In this document: piece by piece, positions 61,990 to 64,000 of the stretch | Numbering within the stretch: position 1 is the first letter of the stretch | How the letters are laid out: each line of letters begins with the position of its first letter | NCBI GenBank assembly: GCA_963666365.2 | Contig: CAXXNF010000002.1 | Location: 1,760,001 to 1,824,000, forward strand | Direction of reading: 5' to 3' | Length of the DNA stretch: 64,000 bases | Origin: Syntrophales bacterium | Lineage (GTDB): Bacteria > Desulfobacterota > Syntrophia > Syntrophales > UBA2210 | The notes under the pieces: generated by a model | Seen by the model: only the letters and a program-made list of their open reading frames with translations | Database searches by the model: none | Told to the model about the DNA's origin: nothing | Position numbers and translations under genes: made by a program

Positions 61990-63084
61990 TTATGCTATTT
62001 TCTTTCTCATGGTGAATCCTATGAACAGACACACCGCAATGCCGATAATCACAGCAGGGATGCCGTAGGGGCCGACGCCCTGAGGTGAACTGGCGAGGCC
62101 GAAATTATGGGCGATCCCGGCGCCAGTGATCATGCCCATTACAAAGACCGCGGCATCACCGTCCCCTTCTCCGGACAGGAAGAGCTGGCGCCCGGGACAT
62201 CCGCCGGCAAGACAGAATGCCAGGCCGGAGAGCGCCATGCCCGCAAAATTCCAAATATGCATCGTGTGAGCGACAGGCTGCCCCGCGAATCCCGCCTTGA
62301 ACTGGCCGAGGATGAAATTGACGATGAAAGCGGCGGCGATCAGCGCGATGAACCCCGACAGGAGATGGGACTGGCGGAAGAGAACGAAATCTCGGATGGC
62401 GCCCATCGTGCAAAAGCGGCTCCTCTGTGCGAGAAAGCCGATTAAAAGACCTACGATAAGAGAAATCACCAGGGGGGCGTGCAGGGAACCGGGACCCTTG
62501 AGACTGTAAAACAGGACCCCGCTTTTCTCCTTCCCCTCGATCTGGGGAAACACCAGCATGAGCAGAAGCAGCCCCACCATGAAGAGGGGAAGCATCCATC
62601 CCGCGGCAGCGTGCGTCTGTTGTGTCCGTCCCAGGGTATAGCCTTTCTTCAGGAACAGTGTTCCGATCCAGATACCGAAAATAAGACCCAGAAGACCGAG
62701 GATGGCGTTCCCGTCTCCACCAGCCAGTCGCAGCGCTGCCCGCCAGGGGCATCCGAGAAAGACGAGCGCTCCGATCATTGCAAAAACGCCCAGGAAAAAA
62801 CGCACGATAGGCGCGGAACCAAGACGGGGTCGGAATTCCTTGAAGAGATATGCGGCGATCAACGATCCGATGACGAACCCTATAATTTCGGGACGGATGT
62901 ACTGCACTACCGCGGCTCGATGCAGGCCGAGCGCGCCGGCAATATCCCTCTCGAAGCAGGCGACGCAGATTCCCATATTACCGGGATTTCCCAGTTTCTG
63001 TAAAAGCGGCGCGAGAATGCCGATGATAATTCCAACGCCGATGATGCCCCAACGCCCTGCGAAGATGTTCTTCACTCCCTTCAT
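61990..63084 (-). CDS. yedE: YedE family putative selenium/sulfur transporter
   Basis: GNPGNMGICVACFERD, LGCP, RFC, GGCP. Confidence 0.9.
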   Translation of the reverse strand: MKGVKNIFAGRWGIIGVGIIIGILAPLLQKLGNPGNMGICVACFERDIAGALGLHRAAVVQYIRPEIIGFVIGSLIAAYLFKEFRPRLGSAPIVRFFLGVFAMIGALVFLGCPWRAALRLAGGDGNAILGLLGLIFGIWIGTLFLKKGYTLGRTQQTHAAAGWMLPLFMVGLLLLMLVFPQIEGKEKSGVLFYSLKGPGSLHAPLVISLIVGLLIGFLAQRSRFCTMGAIRDFVLFRQSHLLSGFIALIAAAFIVNFILGQFKAGFAGQPVAHTMHIWNFAGMALSGLAFCLAGGCPGRQLFLSGEGDGDAAVFVMGMITGAGIAHNFGLASSPQGVGPYGIPAVIIGIAVCLFIGFTMRKKIA

Positions 63085-63479
63085 TCCACTCCTCCATAGA
63101 TTGGTTTTTTTGCTGCTTCAAAACCCTACTCTGCATGACACGTGTGTGGCTGCTTCGGGCGGGTCAGAATCCAACTGACAGAAAGTATACGATCCTCATA
63201 GACAGAGCGCACACATTTCATGACCGCATCTGTACAAACAAAATTAGAATATGTCAAATTCAAATATAGAATAATATATTTTGGATGATCAATATTCCGA
63301 TGGCCCTATGCGTATTCTGTTGTAGAGCAAATTTGAGGCACTGAAAGGCAATGGCAGGCATGTGCAAGATTGCTGGTACCCAGTACGACGATCAGAGAGA
63401 CGGGAGGAGTTCCGGATTGATCAAGAGGATCTCCCTATGAGGTTTCGTGCATATCACATAAAAACTTCAACCACGTGAG

Positions 63480-64000
63480 TTAAATTTTTTTCCCAATATA
63501 GAACACATAGCCGTAAAAGTCTTTATATCTGTAATATAATTCAGTTTCATGCCTTTGGTCTGCTATGAATGCTTCAGCAGTTTTGTTTCCTGCATATTTT
63601 TTCAAAAAGTTTTCCTGGACAGGAATTTGCGGATCATAAAAATGTTCAGTCCAACAATTTTCAGGCAGAACAAAGGTTGCAATTGGGATATATCCGGCTT
63701 TTTGCATTTGTGACACCTTGTGTGCGATAGTCGCTATTTCCGGATAAGCATCCTTCCAGAACTTGTCGATTTCGACAGGTCTCTCTTCATTAAACCACGA
63801 GGCCTCAGAAACGGCAATATAGCCTCCGGTTCTCAAAAACGTACGCCATTCATTCAAGCCCCGTTCAAACCCGATATTATAGATGGCGCCTTCGGACCAG
63901 AGCAGATCCAGTTCTTCATGCCGAAAGGGAAGGTTGTCCATCGAACCGACAATGCCTTCCACCCTTTCCTGAAGATTCCTCTTCCGGCTGTTGGCGTTGA
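63480..64000 (-). CDS. SAM-dependent methyltransferase, 5' end beyond window
   Basis: GSMDNLPF..DLLWSEGAIYNIGF..GGYIAVSE. Confidence 0.85.
   Translation of the reverse strand, partial: NANSRKRNLQERVEGIVGSMDNLPFRHEELDLLWSEGAIYNIGFERGLNEWRTFLRTGGYIAVSEASWFNEERPVEIDKFWKDAYPEIATIAHKVSQMQKAGYIPIATFVLPENCWTEHFYDPQIPVQENFLKKYAGNKTAEAFIADQRHETELYYRYKDFYGYVFYIGKKI

Noticed and set aside
63134..63222. tRNA-Sec near the yedE operon
   Set aside because: No TCA anticodon arm, T-loop or acceptor end
63300..63485. ATTTAAC at the methyltransferase stop as an attC inverse core
   Set aside because: No matching hairpin or GTTRRRY core downstream

Overview
Mostly ordinary chromosomal DNA of an anaerobic Desulfobacterota/Syntrophales-like bacterium (taxon inferred from gene content): acyl-CoA metabolism, stand-alone fusA, plsY, djlA, menA, moaA, acs, perR-katG and a yedE selenium/sulfur operon. 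No rRNA, tRNA or CRISPR array was seen. The clearest accessory element is a decayed integron at ~31.5-35.2 kb: an intI C-terminal remnant co-oriented with its array, an attI, one complete and one truncated attC, and cassettes for a methyltransferase, a 2-kb PAS hybrid kinase and a CMD pseudogene. A second, inverted attI-like site may lie on the other side of intI. Other candidates: a six-gene lipid-modification operon (UfaD-like, DUF1365-Cfa fusion, STAS fusion) behind a perfect sigma70 promoter; structured 5' leaders before yedE, khpA and fusA; an AbfD/HpaB-family flavoenzyme lacking Fe-S cysteines; a rhomboid-DnaJ C-terminal fusion. All protein calls come from motif recognition by eye, not database searches.
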